A stretch of 63,111 bases of DNA, filler included. It is 4 parts of 4 records of this genome, joined end to end, with 100 filler letters (N's around TTAATTAATTAA, not from the genome) between each part and the next. Parts side by side here need not be neighbours in the genome. Positions count along the whole stretch, not along the records: positions 50,589 to 63,111 come from DRR723986_7141; 3 more parts are not named here. One strand, 5' to 3'. The notes under the pieces are model-generated. The model saw nothing but the letters and a program-made list of their open reading frames with translations. It did no database searches and was not told the DNA's origin. This document shows positions 53,044 to 63,111 of this stretch, piece after piece. The position numbers were made by a program, and so were the translations under genes. Within the stretch, counting starts at the first letter, position 1. Each line of letters begins with the position of its first letter.

Positions 53044-53343
53044 ATGAAAAAAGAACTGATTTTTGTGGTTGTTGTTGGCTTGATTTTGCTTGGTCTGGAT
53101 TACCAGCGACCAACCAGTCATAGCCGGATTATAAAAGTGGAAGTGTTATCTCTTGCTGTAGCGCCAGAAGGCAATGGCTGGCGGCTTATCACTGTGAAAA
53201 TGCCGGACGGCAGAGAGCAAACCATCAAAACACTGGTGCCGTTCTTTTATAAGGCTGGCTATTTGGCCCATGTGGGTGTTTTTGAACGCCGTATTTTTCC
53301 AGATGAACTGGACTTTGTCGCAACACCTGAGGTTTTGCCCTAA
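53044..53343 (+). CDS. Small membrane-anchored hypothetical protein
   Basis: N-terminal TM helix. Fills the gap after queG in the same orientation. Confidence 0.6.
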   Translation: MKKELIFVVVVGLILLGLDYQRPTSHSRIIKVEVLSLAVAPEGNGWRLITVKMPDGREQTIKTLVPFFYKAGYLAHVGVFERRIFPDELDFVATPEVLP

Positions 53344-53363
53344 TTTACAGGGAGGTAAATAGT

Positions 53364-54371
53364 CTACAGGCCCTTGATAAGGTCGAAAAAGGTCTCTGTG
53401 CCGATGTTGGCGCCGCAAACAATAAGGCCCACCTTCTTACCCGCGCATTTTTCTTTCAAAGGGCCGATTAAGGCGGCGGTTGTTGCAGCCCCTGCCGGTT
53501 CAACCGCAAGCTTTAAGTCTTCGAAAAGCAGCTTCATTGCCCGGCGCATCTCACCGTCTTCAATCAGGACAATTTCATCGATAAACTTGCGGCATACCGC
53601 ATAACTGTAGGGTGCTGAATAGGGCGCAGACAGAGAATCTGCTATGCTTTTTGGGCCGCCTTCCAAGGTGCCGGTTTCGCCGCTTTCAAACGCGATGCTC
53701 ATGGTGTTGGCCCCCACAGGCTCAACGCCGTATATGATGCAATTTGGGCTGGCTTGCTTGACGGCGCAGGCAACCCCTGAAGCCAACCCGCCGCCGCCAA
53801 TGGGTACAATAACTGCATCCAGGTCTGGCACTTGTTCGGCAAATTCTGCGCCCAGTGTGCCGGTGCCAAGGGTGATGTCTTCGCCTTCAAAAGGGTGGAC
53901 AATCGTGCGGCCTTCTTCCTCCGCCACTTTAACCATAGTGTCTAACACGTCGGCAATACTGGCAACCTGCATGACATCTGCGTTCATGTCTTTAATCGCC
54001 TGCAAGCGCATAGGGTTGATGGTTTTTGGCACAATCACTTTGGCATTTACGTTAAAAACTTTGGCCGCGAGTGCCACAGCAACGCCGTGATTACCGCCGG
54101 TGCCAGCAACCAGGCCGCGTGCTTTTTCTTCCTCACTCAAGCGTGACACAACAGTAAGCGCGCCCCGGGCTTTAAAAGACCCTGCTTTTTGAAACAGCTC
54201 TAACTTAAGAACCGGGTGACAATTTGCGCCCAATAACTTGTCTTTTGTGGGGCTTTCCCAGCTTTGTATGGGGGTTAAGCGTAAATGCTGCCGAAGCGCT
54301 TCGGCCTGCTGGCTGAAGGCAGCTAAACTGGGGTAATGTAGCGTGCTTGATGTCTGGTTTGTTTTTGTCAT
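53364..54371 (-). CDS. Threonine/serine dehydratase (serine racemase-like, no ACT domain)
   Basis: KLELFQKAGSFKARGA (PLP Lys), GNHG, IGGGGLASG and VEPAGA motifs. Start trimmed to ATG 54371. Confidence 0.88.
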   Translation of the reverse strand: MTKTNQTSSTLHYPSLAAFSQQAEALRQHLRLTPIQSWESPTKDKLLGANCHPVLKLELFQKAGSFKARGALTVVSRLSEEEKARGLVAGTGGNHGVAVALAAKVFNVNAKVIVPKTINPMRLQAIKDMNADVMQVASIADVLDTMVKVAEEEGRTIVHPFEGEDITLGTGTLGAEFAEQVPDLDAVIVPIGGGGLASGVACAVKQASPNCIIYGVEPVGANTMSIAFESGETGTLEGGPKSIADSLSAPYSAPYSYAVCRKFIDEIVLIEDGEMRRAMKLLFEDLKLAVEPAGAATTAALIGPLKEKCAGKKVGLIVCGANIGTETFFDLIKGL

Positions 54372-54477
54372 TGAGATACCCCCAAATTTTCGCCTGAGCT
54401 TATCGGTACAGCTTATGGCTGGATAGCGGCGTAGTGCAATAACCAAACGTATGATCAGGGCATAAAGCCAGAAAGGC

Positions 54478-55764
54478 TTAGTTGGGTAGTAACAGAATTG
54501 AGGTTGGTTCAACCGTTTGGTTTTCTCTAACACCACCACCAGGGGCATACTTTGGCCATTGGCTGGATGCGACAAAGGCTAAACCGCCCGGTGTGGAGGT
54601 GCCGAGCGTCGGTTCGTCAAACCCCGCCAGGTTATTAGCCAAAACTTTGATGTCGGTTACTGTGTCCAGCGAAGCATCCAGTTCAATTTCGATGATCCGG
54701 TGAGGGCTGGTGCCATTTTGTATCGCAATTAATTGGCCTTTGTGAGCAAACAATCCGTCAATCCCTATTAACGATATGCTGGACGGCAGGCTTAATAACT
54801 TCGCCTGACTGGTTAGGGTATCAATACGCCATAGGCCGCGCCCGTAATCCGCCATCATTAAGGTGTGATTTCCAAGAAAGGCCATACCTTGGGGACTACG
54901 AAATTGTTTTTTGGTGTCCAGTTTTTCAAGTGCATCACCAACAACCCTATATATACCGCCGGACTGCGCCTCTGAAAGGTAGACTGTGCCGTTGGGACTG
55001 ATCGCAATATCGGCTATTTGCTGATTTTCGGTGCCGCCGGGTAATGACCAGTCGCCAGTAACCTCGCCAGTAACCGGGTTAATGCGCATAACGCCGGTTA
55101 GGCCTTCGCCCTTTGGCATATTCGGTGTTTGGTCAACCCGGCCATAAGTGACGTATAGTGCATTTTCATGCGAGCTGTAGGCCGTGCCAAAAAAACTACC
55201 TGCAGCATGGTCAGCACCGTCGACCAAAATGGAAATTTCTTGACCAGGGTTTCGACGCAAAACTGTGCCCGACACGACGGTACTCAGGAAATAAGTACCG
55301 TTATTGTCAGTGGCAACACCTTCAATCAAACGGTGGTCTGCAGGAACAGAAAATAGCGTTTCGGCATAGCCTGTTGGTTGACTAATTTGGTTAAACTTTT
55401 CATTGAAACCCGACCATATCTCAGCTGGAAGTTTCTCTTTCATTTTTGCCTGAAACGGATCACCCGGCATCAGACCCAGTGTTAGGAACTGGTTGGCAAA
55501 CTCGATTACATCACTGGTATTTTCAGATTCTGCTGCCAGAAACAGCGCGTTATTCAACAGGGCTATGTTGGTTGGCCGGTCTGCCAAGGCGCGCTTCATA
55601 CCGTCAAGTGCTGTGGTAAAATCGCCAGCGCGAAAAGCTGTGATGGCTTCACCGCGCGCAGCTTGCGACCGGGCATACTGTTCTTCACTTTCGGAAATTA
55701 GGTCTTGAGGTGACACAGGTAGCGTCACCCCGAAAAGAATTATGGCTGCAGCAAATATGTTCAT
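54478..55764 (-). CDS. Exported protein with N-terminal TPR-like helices and an SMP-30/gluconolactonase-like beta-propeller
   Basis: Signal-like N-terminus, helical segment, then IEGVA, DIAISPNGTVYLSE, SPQGMA, GIDGL and QNG propeller motifs. Confidence 0.7.
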   Translation of the reverse strand: MNIFAAAIILFGVTLPVSPQDLISESEEQYARSQAARGEAITAFRAGDFTTALDGMKRALADRPTNIALLNNALFLAAESENTSDVIEFANQFLTLGLMPGDPFQAKMKEKLPAEIWSGFNEKFNQISQPTGYAETLFSVPADHRLIEGVATDNNGTYFLSTVVSGTVLRRNPGQEISILVDGADHAAGSFFGTAYSSHENALYVTYGRVDQTPNMPKGEGLTGVMRINPVTGEVTGDWSLPGGTENQQIADIAISPNGTVYLSEAQSGGIYRVVGDALEKLDTKKQFRSPQGMAFLGNHTLMMADYGRGLWRIDTLTSQAKLLSLPSSISLIGIDGLFAHKGQLIAIQNGTSPHRIIEIELDASLDTVTDIKVLANNLAGFDEPTLGTSTPGGLAFVASSQWPKYAPGGGVRENQTVEPTSILLLPN

Positions 55765-55832
55765 GCCTAAAAGTTTAGATGGGCAGCGGCACAATGCCAA
55801 GCAATGCGCGATAAGCGGTTTATCGCAAAAGT

Positions 55833-57536
55833 TTAGCGACGCCGAAGAGGTTGGTTCCCACCGCCTTTACCACTTTTTTTGCCAACGCCTTTCGCGCCAG
55901 GCCTGTTTGGTTTTCCAGGCTTGCCTGATTGGCCCGGCTTGCCGCTAAACTTTCCGCCGCGCTTTTCTCCGCGTTTGCTGGCGGGTTTTCCAGATGACTT
56001 TCCGAATGATTTTTCAGATGGTCTACCGGTGAATTTACCGCCGGGCTTACTGCCAGGCTGGCTGCTTGCTTTGCTGCCACTATCTTTGCGACTGTTATCT
56101 CTTCGGCGGTCGTCACGGGTTGGCCGGCCTTCTTCAGCAGTGCGGCCTTCCGGTTTGCGACGAGGACCAGACGATCGGAATGGTCGTGCATCTGCCGTGC
56201 TATCTTCACGGGCAAAACGTGGCTTGCCTTTATTCTTGTTGGTTTTTTTGCCGCCAGTTTTTTTGTGATCAGCTAGCGGGAGTTCACCATAAAATTCTGC
56301 ACGTTTGCCTTTGGCTTTTTTGGGCTTCGCTGGGCCAGCTTTTTTTCGTGCCGCTACCACGGGGCGTTTTTTAGGTGTGAAACTGGCCTTCTTTTTCATA
56401 GTCATTCGGTAGGGATGGTCTTCAATAACGTCTAAAGCTTCACCCAGAATATCTTCAATAGCACGAATTAGGCGAAATTCGTTTTTGCCACACAGGGTAA
56501 AGGCACGGCCGCTGGCACCACCGCGCGCGGTTCGTCCGATACGGTGCACATAGCTTTCGGCTTCTACGGGTACATCGAAGTTGAACACATGGCTAATGTC
56601 TTTCACATCAATACCGCGTGCGGCAACATCGGTCGCGACTAAATAATCAAACTGACTATTGCGGAAACCATTGATGGTGCGCTGGCGCAGTTTCTGTGGC
56701 TTGTCGCCGTGAATCGCTTCTGCTTTTAGACCAAGACTTTCAAGGTAAGAGGCAATTTCGTCTGCATCGCGGCGGGTGCGAACAAACACTACCGATTTTT
56801 GTGGTTCTTCGTTTTCAATCAACCAATGCAGTAGTTCTTTTTTCTGGTGGCCGGGCACATGCATAACCCAGTGGTCCAGATTGTCGGCGACAGTTGTGCT
56901 GGTAGACACATCCACCTGTGCCGGGTCATCCAGCAAGGTTGACTTTAGATCGCCTATGGCATCGCTCAAGGTTGCGGAAAACATCACCGCTTGATGTTTT
57001 TTGGTGATTTTTGAGTTGATCTTGCGCACATCGTCAACAAAGCCAAGGTCAAGCATGCGGTCAGCTTCATCAAGGACAAAATAGTCAACTTGATCAAGAT
57101 AGATGTTGCCGCGTTTCATGTGGTCAAGAAGGCGACCGGGCGTGGAAATCAGGATATCAACACCGCGGCGTAAAATGTGGGTTTGAGTCCTGTAGGGCGC
57201 GCCGCCGTATATGGTGCAGCAACTGGCTTTCATGCCTACAGAAAGCTCTTTAATACGGTCAGTTGTTTGTAGGGCCAGTTCGCGCGTTGGCGCAAGAATT
57301 AGCGCGCGGGGCATGTGAGCTTCTGCTCTGCCTTCATACATGGCCAGTTTTTCCAACAATGGAATAACAAAGGCCGCGGTTTTGCCACTACCGGTTTGGG
57401 CAATACCAATCATATCGCGCCCTGCCAGTAGGGCCGGTATAGTTTCTCGTTGAATAGGCGTTGCTTGTGAAAAGTTAGCCTGTTCAAGCGCGCGCATCAT
57501 CGGCTCGCTGAGGCCAAGTGTGTTAAAGTCAGACAT
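55833..57536 (-). CDS. DEAD-box ATP-dependent RNA helicase (RhlE-like) with long basic tail
   Basis: AQTGSGKT, PTRELA, DEAD, SAT and HRIGRTAR motifs. Confidence 0.95.
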   Translation of the reverse strand: MSDFNTLGLSEPMMRALEQANFSQATPIQRETIPALLAGRDMIGIAQTGSGKTAAFVIPLLEKLAMYEGRAEAHMPRALILAPTRELALQTTDRIKELSVGMKASCCTIYGGAPYRTQTHILRRGVDILISTPGRLLDHMKRGNIYLDQVDYFVLDEADRMLDLGFVDDVRKINSKITKKHQAVMFSATLSDAIGDLKSTLLDDPAQVDVSTSTTVADNLDHWVMHVPGHQKKELLHWLIENEEPQKSVVFVRTRRDADEIASYLESLGLKAEAIHGDKPQKLRQRTINGFRNSQFDYLVATDVAARGIDVKDISHVFNFDVPVEAESYVHRIGRTARGGASGRAFTLCGKNEFRLIRAIEDILGEALDVIEDHPYRMTMKKKASFTPKKRPVVAARKKAGPAKPKKAKGKRAEFYGELPLADHKKTGGKKTNKNKGKPRFAREDSTADARPFRSSGPRRKPEGRTAEEGRPTRDDRRRDNSRKDSGSKASSQPGSKPGGKFTGRPSEKSFGKSSGKPASKRGEKRGGKFSGKPGQSGKPGKPNRPGAKGVGKKSGKGGGNQPLRRR

Positions 57537-57765
57537 GTCAAATCCGTATGCTTATGGCAAACGTACGGCTTGCCAATATTATCCTGTCTCTTGCGGTAAG
57601 TCACAAGAGCTAGGCTGGAAACCAGTATTACTGAACCTTCGGATCGTGTCTGAGCGGCAGAACGCCGGTGGACGGGTCACATGGGGTTTGCGCGACATCG
57701 CGCGAACACTGGGGGGCGATTCTGTCGCCGGGGCGCTGTGTGCGCCTTTATTCTGGAAATGTCAA
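57537..57765 (-). promoter_or_regulatory. Promoter (TTGACA at 57765-57760) and about 190-nt structured 5' leader of the DEAD-box helicase
   Basis: Minus-strand hairpins GGCGA/TCGCC, GCGCGA/TCGCGC, CTCTTGTG/CGCAAGAG and TGGCAA/TTGCCA. Confidence 0.5.
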
Positions 57766-57808
57766 CTTCAGGCGCTTTTGATGTGCACTGTGCGTTATGA
57801 TAAATAGA

Positions 57809-58594
57809 TTACCGGCCTGAAAGACTGGTTGGTGCCGCATTGAGAGAAATGTGCCCTGCGCCCACAACTTTTCCGTGATAATACCCTTGTTGTAACAAGA
57901 TGGCCAAATGGTCTGCGCCAGCTTCCCGGCCAGTTTGTACATCAAGTGTGTAAGTGGTCGCGGAGCCATCCCAGTCCGGCAACATATCAGACAAGCGCAC
58001 CACGTTAGTATAATGCAGAGACCGACCGTTGTTTTCCCCGTCGCCTATCTCAACGGTTGCGTCGCCTAAGTACCACACTGTCACCACAGCGATGTCTTCA
58101 GGGACATCTGTTTGTGGCAAACTAATGGTAATTGAGGTGCCGTCGCTGGCAAGTTTAGGAGAAACTGTTAACCGGTTTTCAGATCGGGCTGCTTCAACTG
58201 CCTCGCGCACATCGCTTTGATTAGAACCAACACTTTGGAACCGTCCATCAAAAACCATTTGCGGGGTGTAAACACCGCCGCGGCCAAAGCGCTTATTATA
58301 AGCAGATTGACGCATGGCAGAATGCGGCTGCGCAAAAGTGTCTTCCCAACCGAGGCGGTCCCAATAGTCTACGGCCCATGATAGCGTAAGGATGCCGGGT
58401 CGGTCTCGCATGGTGCGAAGGGCAGCGTCAGCCGGCGGGCAGCTGGAACACCCTTGGCTGGTGAACAGTTCAACAACGGTCAGGCGCTCGCTGTCCCGTT
58501 CGGGCGTGATTTGGGCAATAGCATTTTGGGCCGCAGCAGCGAAGCCCATCAAAAAACCGGTGGCTATAATCAGTGTCTTTTTCATCATGCTCAT
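57809..58594 (-). CDS. DUF1223 thioredoxin-like exported protein
   Basis: VVELFTSQGCSSCPPAD, VDYWDRLGWED and YTPQMV motifs. Confidence 0.92.
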   Translation of the reverse strand: MSMMKKTLIIATGFLMGFAAAAQNAIAQITPERDSERLTVVELFTSQGCSSCPPADAALRTMRDRPGILTLSWAVDYWDRLGWEDTFAQPHSAMRQSAYNKRFGRGGVYTPQMVFDGRFQSVGSNQSDVREAVEAARSENRLTVSPKLASDGTSITISLPQTDVPEDIAVVTVWYLGDATVEIGDGENNGRSLHYTNVVRLSDMLPDWDGSATTYTLDVQTGREAGADHLAILLQQGYYHGKVVGAGHISLNAAPTSLSGR

Positions 58595-58770
58595 AAGGTA
58601 GGTGACATTATCGTCACATACCAATCACCTGTGCGTGAGGGTTTTGTGCACCCTATTTTGAAAATATGAAGTGCTTTAAAGCAAAAACTATTGAAGCTGC
58701 AAAGGTCCTATTGAGGCCTTTCACACCAAAGTGAAATTTTGTACAGACCATGACAAAAACCTTGGAGCGC

Positions 58771-58801
58771 AAAAAAGGGGCAACGTTACCGTCGCCCCTT
58801 T
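58771..58801 (-). terminator. Intrinsic terminator after acnA
   Basis: A6-GGGGCAACG-ttac-CGTCGCCCCTTT. Confidence 0.75.
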
Positions 58802-58844
58802 ATCAATGTTCACGGGTTTATACGTTATTAGTTAAAGAGGATAC

Positions 58845-61523
58845 CTAGGCTGCAAGGCGGCGTAGCACATAATGCAGAATGCCGCCGTTCTTGAAATATT
58901 CCACTTCGTTTTCGGTATCAATCCGGCATAGCGCGGTAATTTCTTTAGATGTACCGTCGGCATAGTGAATTGTAACTGTAACGTCCTGACGCGGCGTAAT
59001 GCTGCCTTGAATGCCGGTAATGTCAAAAGTTTCGGTGCCTACAAGCCCCAGGCTTTCGCGGCCTTCACCGTCTTGAAATTGTAGTGGCAGAACGCCCATT
59101 CCAACAAGGTTAGAGCGGTGAATGCGCTCATAGCTTTCAACCAGCACTGCTTTTACACCGAGGAGTATGGTGCCTTTGGCCGCCCAGTCGCGCGATGAGC
59201 CGGTGCCATATTCTTTGCCGCCAATCACTACCAGCGGTGTGCCTGCTTCCTGATATTGCATGGCAGCATCGTATATGCTCATTACCTCGCCGGAGGGTTG
59301 GTGTGTGGTCCAACCGCCCTCGGTGCCTGGCGCCATAAGGTTGCGCAGGCGAATGTTGGCGAACGTGCCGCGCATCATTACCTCGTGGTTGCCGCGGCGA
59401 GAGCCGTAGCTATTGAAGTCTGCACGTGCCACACCGTGGGCTTGCAAATATTCGCCGGCTGGGCTGTCCGGTTTGATCGCGCCCGCCGGGCTGATATGGT
59501 CGGTGGTAATACTATGGCCCAAAAGCGCTAATGGTCGCGCGCCCATAATGTTTTCGGTGTCGGCAATGTCTGGCCCCATGCCCTGGAAATACGGCGGATG
59601 CTGAATGTAGGTAGACTTGTCGTTCCACTGGTAGGTTTGACCTTCTGAAACAGGAATAGCCTGCCACTCAGGCGTGCCTGTAAACACGTCAGCATACCGT
59701 TCAATGAACATGGACCGGGTGAGCGAGGCATTCACTGCAGCATCAACCTCAGCGTTTGTAGGCCACAGGTCTTTCAAATATACATCGTTGCCGTCTTTGT
59801 CCTGCGCCAACGGCTCTGTCGTTATGTTAATGCGCATGGACCCGGCGATGGCATAAGCAACAACCAGTGGCGGTGAGGCCAGGTAGTTAGCTTTAATGTC
59901 TTGGCTAATTCGGCCTTCGAAGTTTCTGTTGCCGGAGGACACGCTTGTGCACACCATATCATTTCCATTGATGGTTTTGCTGATTGGGCGCTCAAGTGGG
60001 CCAGAGTTGCCAATGCATGTGGTGCACCCATAACCCACCAGGTTAAAACCAAGCGAATCAAGATGTTCGGTAAGGCCTGCGCGGTCCAGATAGTCGGTCA
60101 CAACCTGGCTGCCGGGCGCGAGAGAAGTTTTAACCCACGGCTTGCGTTTCAAGCCCAGCTCGTTGGCTTTTTTCGCCACAAGACCTGCGGCTACGAGCAC
60201 ACTGGGGTTTGACGTGTTGGTGCAACTGGTAATTGCCGCGATACAAACGTCACCGTGGTTAAGCTTGTAACTTGCGCCTTCCACAGAGTAACCGGCGTTG
60301 TCGCCGCGCTTGCCAAAGCTTTCAAGCACGTCATCAAAGGCGGTATCAGCAACTTCCAGTTCAACCCGGTCTTGTGGGCGCTTGGGGCCAGCCAGGGATG
60401 GCTTGACGGTTGAAATGTCGAGCTCAAGGGTGTCGGTAAATATGGGGTCGGGTGAATGGGTGTCGCGCCACATGCCTTGTTCTTTGGCATAAGCCTCAAC
60501 CAGTTTTAAGGTTTCTTCGTCGCGACCAGTAAACTCCATGTAATCCAGTGTTTGGCGAGAAATTGGGAAGAATCCGCAGGTGGCACCGTATTCCGGGCCC
60601 ATGTTAGCAATGGTGGCCTGGTCTGCCAATGTAAGTTCATCAAGGCCGTCACCGTAAAATTCAACAAATTTACCCACAACGCCTTTTTCGCGCAGCATTT
60701 GCACCACTGTTAGAACCAAATCGGTTGCTGTAATACCTTCATTAAGCTTGCCGGTTAACTTGAAGCCGACCACTTCAGGAATTAACATGGACACAGGCTG
60801 TCCCAGCATGGCGGCCTCTGCCTCAATGCCGCCCACACCCCAGCCAAGAACCGCAAGGCCGTTGATCATGGTGGTGTGGCTGTCTGTGCCAACACAGGTG
60901 TCAGGCAGCGCAATGGTGCGGCCATCCACTTCGTAGGTCCAGACGGTTTTAGCGATATATTCCAAGTTCACTTGGTGGCAAATGCCCGTGCCGGGTGGAA
61001 CGGCATTGAAGTTGTTGAGGCTGTTTTGGCCCCATTTCAGAAATTCATAGCGCTCTGCATTGCGCTCCATCTCCAAGTCCACATTTTGCTTGAAGCTTTG
61101 CGCGGTGCCAAATTTGTCCACCATCACGGAATGGTCAATAATCAAGTCGCATTGTGCGAGAGGGTTAATTTTCTCTGGGTCGCCGCCCATTTCCGCCATT
61201 GCAGCGCGCATGGCGGCCAAGTCAACAACGGCGGGAACACCAGTGAAGTCCTGCATTAAAACCCGCGCTGGGCGATAGTCAATTTCATGGGAAATGCGCC
61301 GTTCTTTTTGCCAATCTGCCAGCGCCTGAATGTCATCCGTTTTCACGCTAACGCCGTCTTCGTGGCGCAGTAGGTTTTCCAGAAGAACTTTCAGGGTGTA
61401 GGGAAGTCGGGACACATCGCCGATTTTTTCTTCTACGGCCTTCAGGCTATAATAGTCATAATCTTTTCCGTCTATAGTAAGCGTGCGACGGGTGTTCAGC
61501 GTGTCTTGTCCAACAGTTGTCAT
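58845..61523 (-). CDS. acnA: Aconitate hydratase A
   Basis: [44 protein letters not shown] and [10 protein letters not shown] motifs. Confidence 0.98.
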   Translation of the reverse strand: MTTVGQDTLNTRRTLTIDGKDYDYYSLKAVEEKIGDVSRLPYTLKVLLENLLRHEDGVSVKTDDIQALADWQKERRISHEIDYRPARVLMQDFTGVPAVVDLAAMRAAMAEMGGDPEKINPLAQCDLIIDHSVMVDKFGTAQSFKQNVDLEMERNAERYEFLKWGQNSLNNFNAVPPGTGICHQVNLEYIAKTVWTYEVDGRTIALPDTCVGTDSHTTMINGLAVLGWGVGGIEAEAAMLGQPVSMLIPEVVGFKLTGKLNEGITATDLVLTVVQMLREKGVVGKFVEFYGDGLDELTLADQATIANMGPEYGATCGFFPISRQTLDYMEFTGRDEETLKLVEAYAKEQGMWRDTHSPDPIFTDTLELDISTVKPSLAGPKRPQDRVELEVADTAFDDVLESFGKRGDNAGYSVEGASYKLNHGDVCIAAITSCTNTSNPSVLVAAGLVAKKANELGLKRKPWVKTSLAPGSQVVTDYLDRAGLTEHLDSLGFNLVGYGCTTCIGNSGPLERPISKTINGNDMVCTSVSSGNRNFEGRISQDIKANYLASPPLVVAYAIAGSMRINITTEPLAQDKDGNDVYLKDLWPTNAEVDAAVNASLTRSMFIERYADVFTGTPEWQAIPVSEGQTYQWNDKSTYIQHPPYFQGMGPDIADTENIMGARPLALLGHSITTDHISPAGAIKPDSPAGEYLQAHGVARADFNSYGSRRGNHEVMMRGTFANIRLRNLMAPGTEGGWTTHQPSGEVMSIYDAAMQYQEAGTPLVVIGGKEYGTGSSRDWAAKGTILLGVKAVLVESYERIHRSNLVGMGVLPLQFQDGEGRESLGLVGTETFDITGIQGSITPRQDVTVTIHYADGTSKEITALCRIDTENEVEYFKNGGILHYVLRRLAA

Positions 61524-61742
61524 AAGGTTTTGTATCCATTTCAGGGTTTAAATATGCGCCCATATTTTGGCCAATACGGCAGCGCCAAACGCGTCTATAA
61601 GCATATGTTATCCAAGCCAATCTATCTTGCAAGCACGCGTTTGTTGAAATAATATGCGCGCGCCCCACGTTATCAATGCTTGGCAAACTTTTTCAAGATG
61701 CAGTTTCCAAGCTCACTCTAACTCTATTTTGTCAGGATGGTC

Positions 61743-63111
61743 ATGAGTTTGTACACAGAATATTTGAATGAGATTGCAACCCGAAAAAGTCAGGGCTTAA
61801 ACCCAAAGCCTATTGATGACGGCGCTCTTGTGACCGAGCTTGTCGCTCAAATTCAAGACAGTGAGAATGAGCATAGAGCGGATTCGCTTAAATTTTTCAT
61901 ATACAATACGCTGCCCGGCACAACCAGCGCCGCGGGGGAAAAGGCCAAGTTTCTGAAAGATATCATTCTTGGAACAGTTGCGGTTGAAGAAATCCCCGCA
62001 ACGTATGCTTTTGAACTGCTTTCACATATGAAAGGTGGTCCTTCGGTGGAGGTGCTGCTTGATCTTGCGCTTGGCGACAATGCCGCAATAGCCCAATCAG
62101 CCGCTGAAGTGCTTAAAACACAGGTGTTTTTGTATGAGGCAGATACCAGCCGCCTTGCCGCGGCGTATGAGGCCGGTAATGCTGTCGCTAAAGATATTCT
62201 GGAAAGCTATGCAAAAGCTGAGTTTTTCACAAAGCTGTCCGACATTGATGAAGAGATTAAAGTTGTCACCTATATTGCCGCGGAAGGCGATGTGTCGACG
62301 GACCTGTTGTCTCCGGGCAATCAGGCGCATTCACGGTCAGACCGGGAGTTGCACGGTAAATGTATGATCTCTGAAGAGGCACAGGCCGACATTCAGGCGC
62401 TGCAACAACAGCACCCTGATGCACGGGTTATGCTTGTCGCTGAAAAGGGTACGATGGGCGTGGGCTCGTCTCGCATGTCAGGTGTAAACAATGTTGCACT
62501 TTGGACCGGCAAACAAGCCAGCCCTTATGTGCCTTTTGTTAATATTGCGCCGATTGTTGGCGGTACAAATGGCATCTCGCCAATTTTTCTAACAACCGTT
62601 GATGTAACTGGCGGCATTGGCCTTGATCTTAAAAATTGGGTGAAAAAGCTGGATTCTGACGGTCAACCACTCACAGACGAAAACGGTGACCCGGTTATAG
62701 AACAGGCCTATTCTATCGATAATGGCACTGTCCTGACCATCAATACCAAAACGCAGAAACTTTATGATCACGCGGGTAAGGAGTTGGTGGACATTTCGGC
62801 GGCTTTAACCCCTCAGAAAGTTGAGTTTATTAAGGCGGGGGGGTCTTACGCAATTGTTTTTGGCAAGAAGCTTCAAAGTTTTGCTGCTTCAACGCTGGGT
62901 GTTGACATGCCCGCTGTTTTTGCCGTCGCCAAAGAAATTTCCCATGAGGGTCAAGGGCTGACTGCTGTTGAAAAAATATTTAACAGAAATGCCGTTGGGG
63001 TAAAATCTGACACGGCGCTGCATGCGGGGTCAGATGTTCGTGTGAAGGTAAATATTGTTGGCTCGCAAGATACGACCGGTTTGATGACTTCCCAGGAACT
63101 GGAAGCCATGG
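61743..63111 (+). CDS. acnB: Bifunctional aconitate hydratase 2/2-methylisocitrate dehydratase (AcnB), 5' part
   Basis: Not in the ORF track because it has no stop in the window. Manual translation MSLYTEYLNEIATRKSQGLNPKPIDDG...LLSHMKGGPS...STDLLSPG...GVGSSRMSGVN...GQGLTAVEKIF...VGSQDTTGLMT matches AcnB motifs. Confidence 0.92.
   Translation, partial: MSLYTEYLNEIATRKSQGLNPKPIDDGALVTELVAQIQDSENEHRADSLKFFIYNTLPGTTSAAGEKAKFLKDIILGTVAVEEIPATYAFELLSHMKGGPSVEVLLDLALGDNAAIAQSAAEVLKTQVFLYEADTSRLAAAYEAGNAVAKDILESYAKAEFFTKLSDIDEEIKVVTYIAAEGDVSTDLLSPGNQAHSRSDRELHGKCMISEEAQADIQALQQQHPDARVMLVAEKGTMGVGSSRMSGVNNVALWTGKQASPYVPFVNIAPIVGGTNGISPIFLTTVDVTGGIGLDLKNWVKKLDSDGQPLTDENGDPVIEQAYSIDNGTVLTINTKTQKLYDHAGKELVDISAALTPQKVEFIKAGGSYAIVFGKKLQSFAASTLGVDMPAVFAVAKEISHEGQGLTAVEKIFNRNAVGVKSDTALHAGSDVRVKVNIVGSQDTTGLMTSQELEAM

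Noticed and set aside
55820-56374. Overlapping ORFs across the helicase tail (55820-56215, 55879-56268, 56066-56374)
   Set aside because: These are alternative frames kept open by the low-complexity tail sequence, with no independent coding evidence.

Overview
The window is not one locus. It is four unrelated contigs joined by artificial 100-nt linkers (N44-TTAATTAATTAA-N44 at 23616-23715, 37050-37149 and 50489-50588). Contig 1 (1-23615) is a Burkholderiales-type core region: ETF-ubiquinone oxidoreductase, scoAB, pyrG-kdsA-eno-ftsB, hslO, trpS, dapA-bamC, a JmjC hydroxylase, mutS, suhB and partial trmJ. Contig 2 (23716-37049) looks FCB/Bacteroidota-like and is the most unusual. A T9SS-sorted 7-bladed FG-GAP protein with an unknown middle domain precedes a 2420-aa Sec-exported RHS protein. 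The RHS protein has two internal insertions, a Gly-rich hydrophobic C-terminus and no immunity gene before its terminator. The operon leader carries three stem-loops with C-rich loops, and a 512-aa helical protein is encoded divergently. Contig 3 (37150-50488) is Rhodobacteraceae-like. It has a partial tRNA-Asp, a LysR / MttB-family methyltransferase / two GcvT-type flavoproteins / class-III aminotransferase cluster (a candidate route for stripping three N-methyls from an omega-amino betaine), and an RpiR / formylglutamate-amidohydrolase / TRAP unit with three TGTA-N8-TACA boxes. Contig 4 (50589-63111) is alphaproteobacterial: gltB end, FzlA-like GST, queG, a DEAD-box helicase with a structured leader, and acnA back-to-back with a partial acnB. 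Taxonomic calls are inferences from gene content. No CRISPR array, rRNA or transposase was seen.
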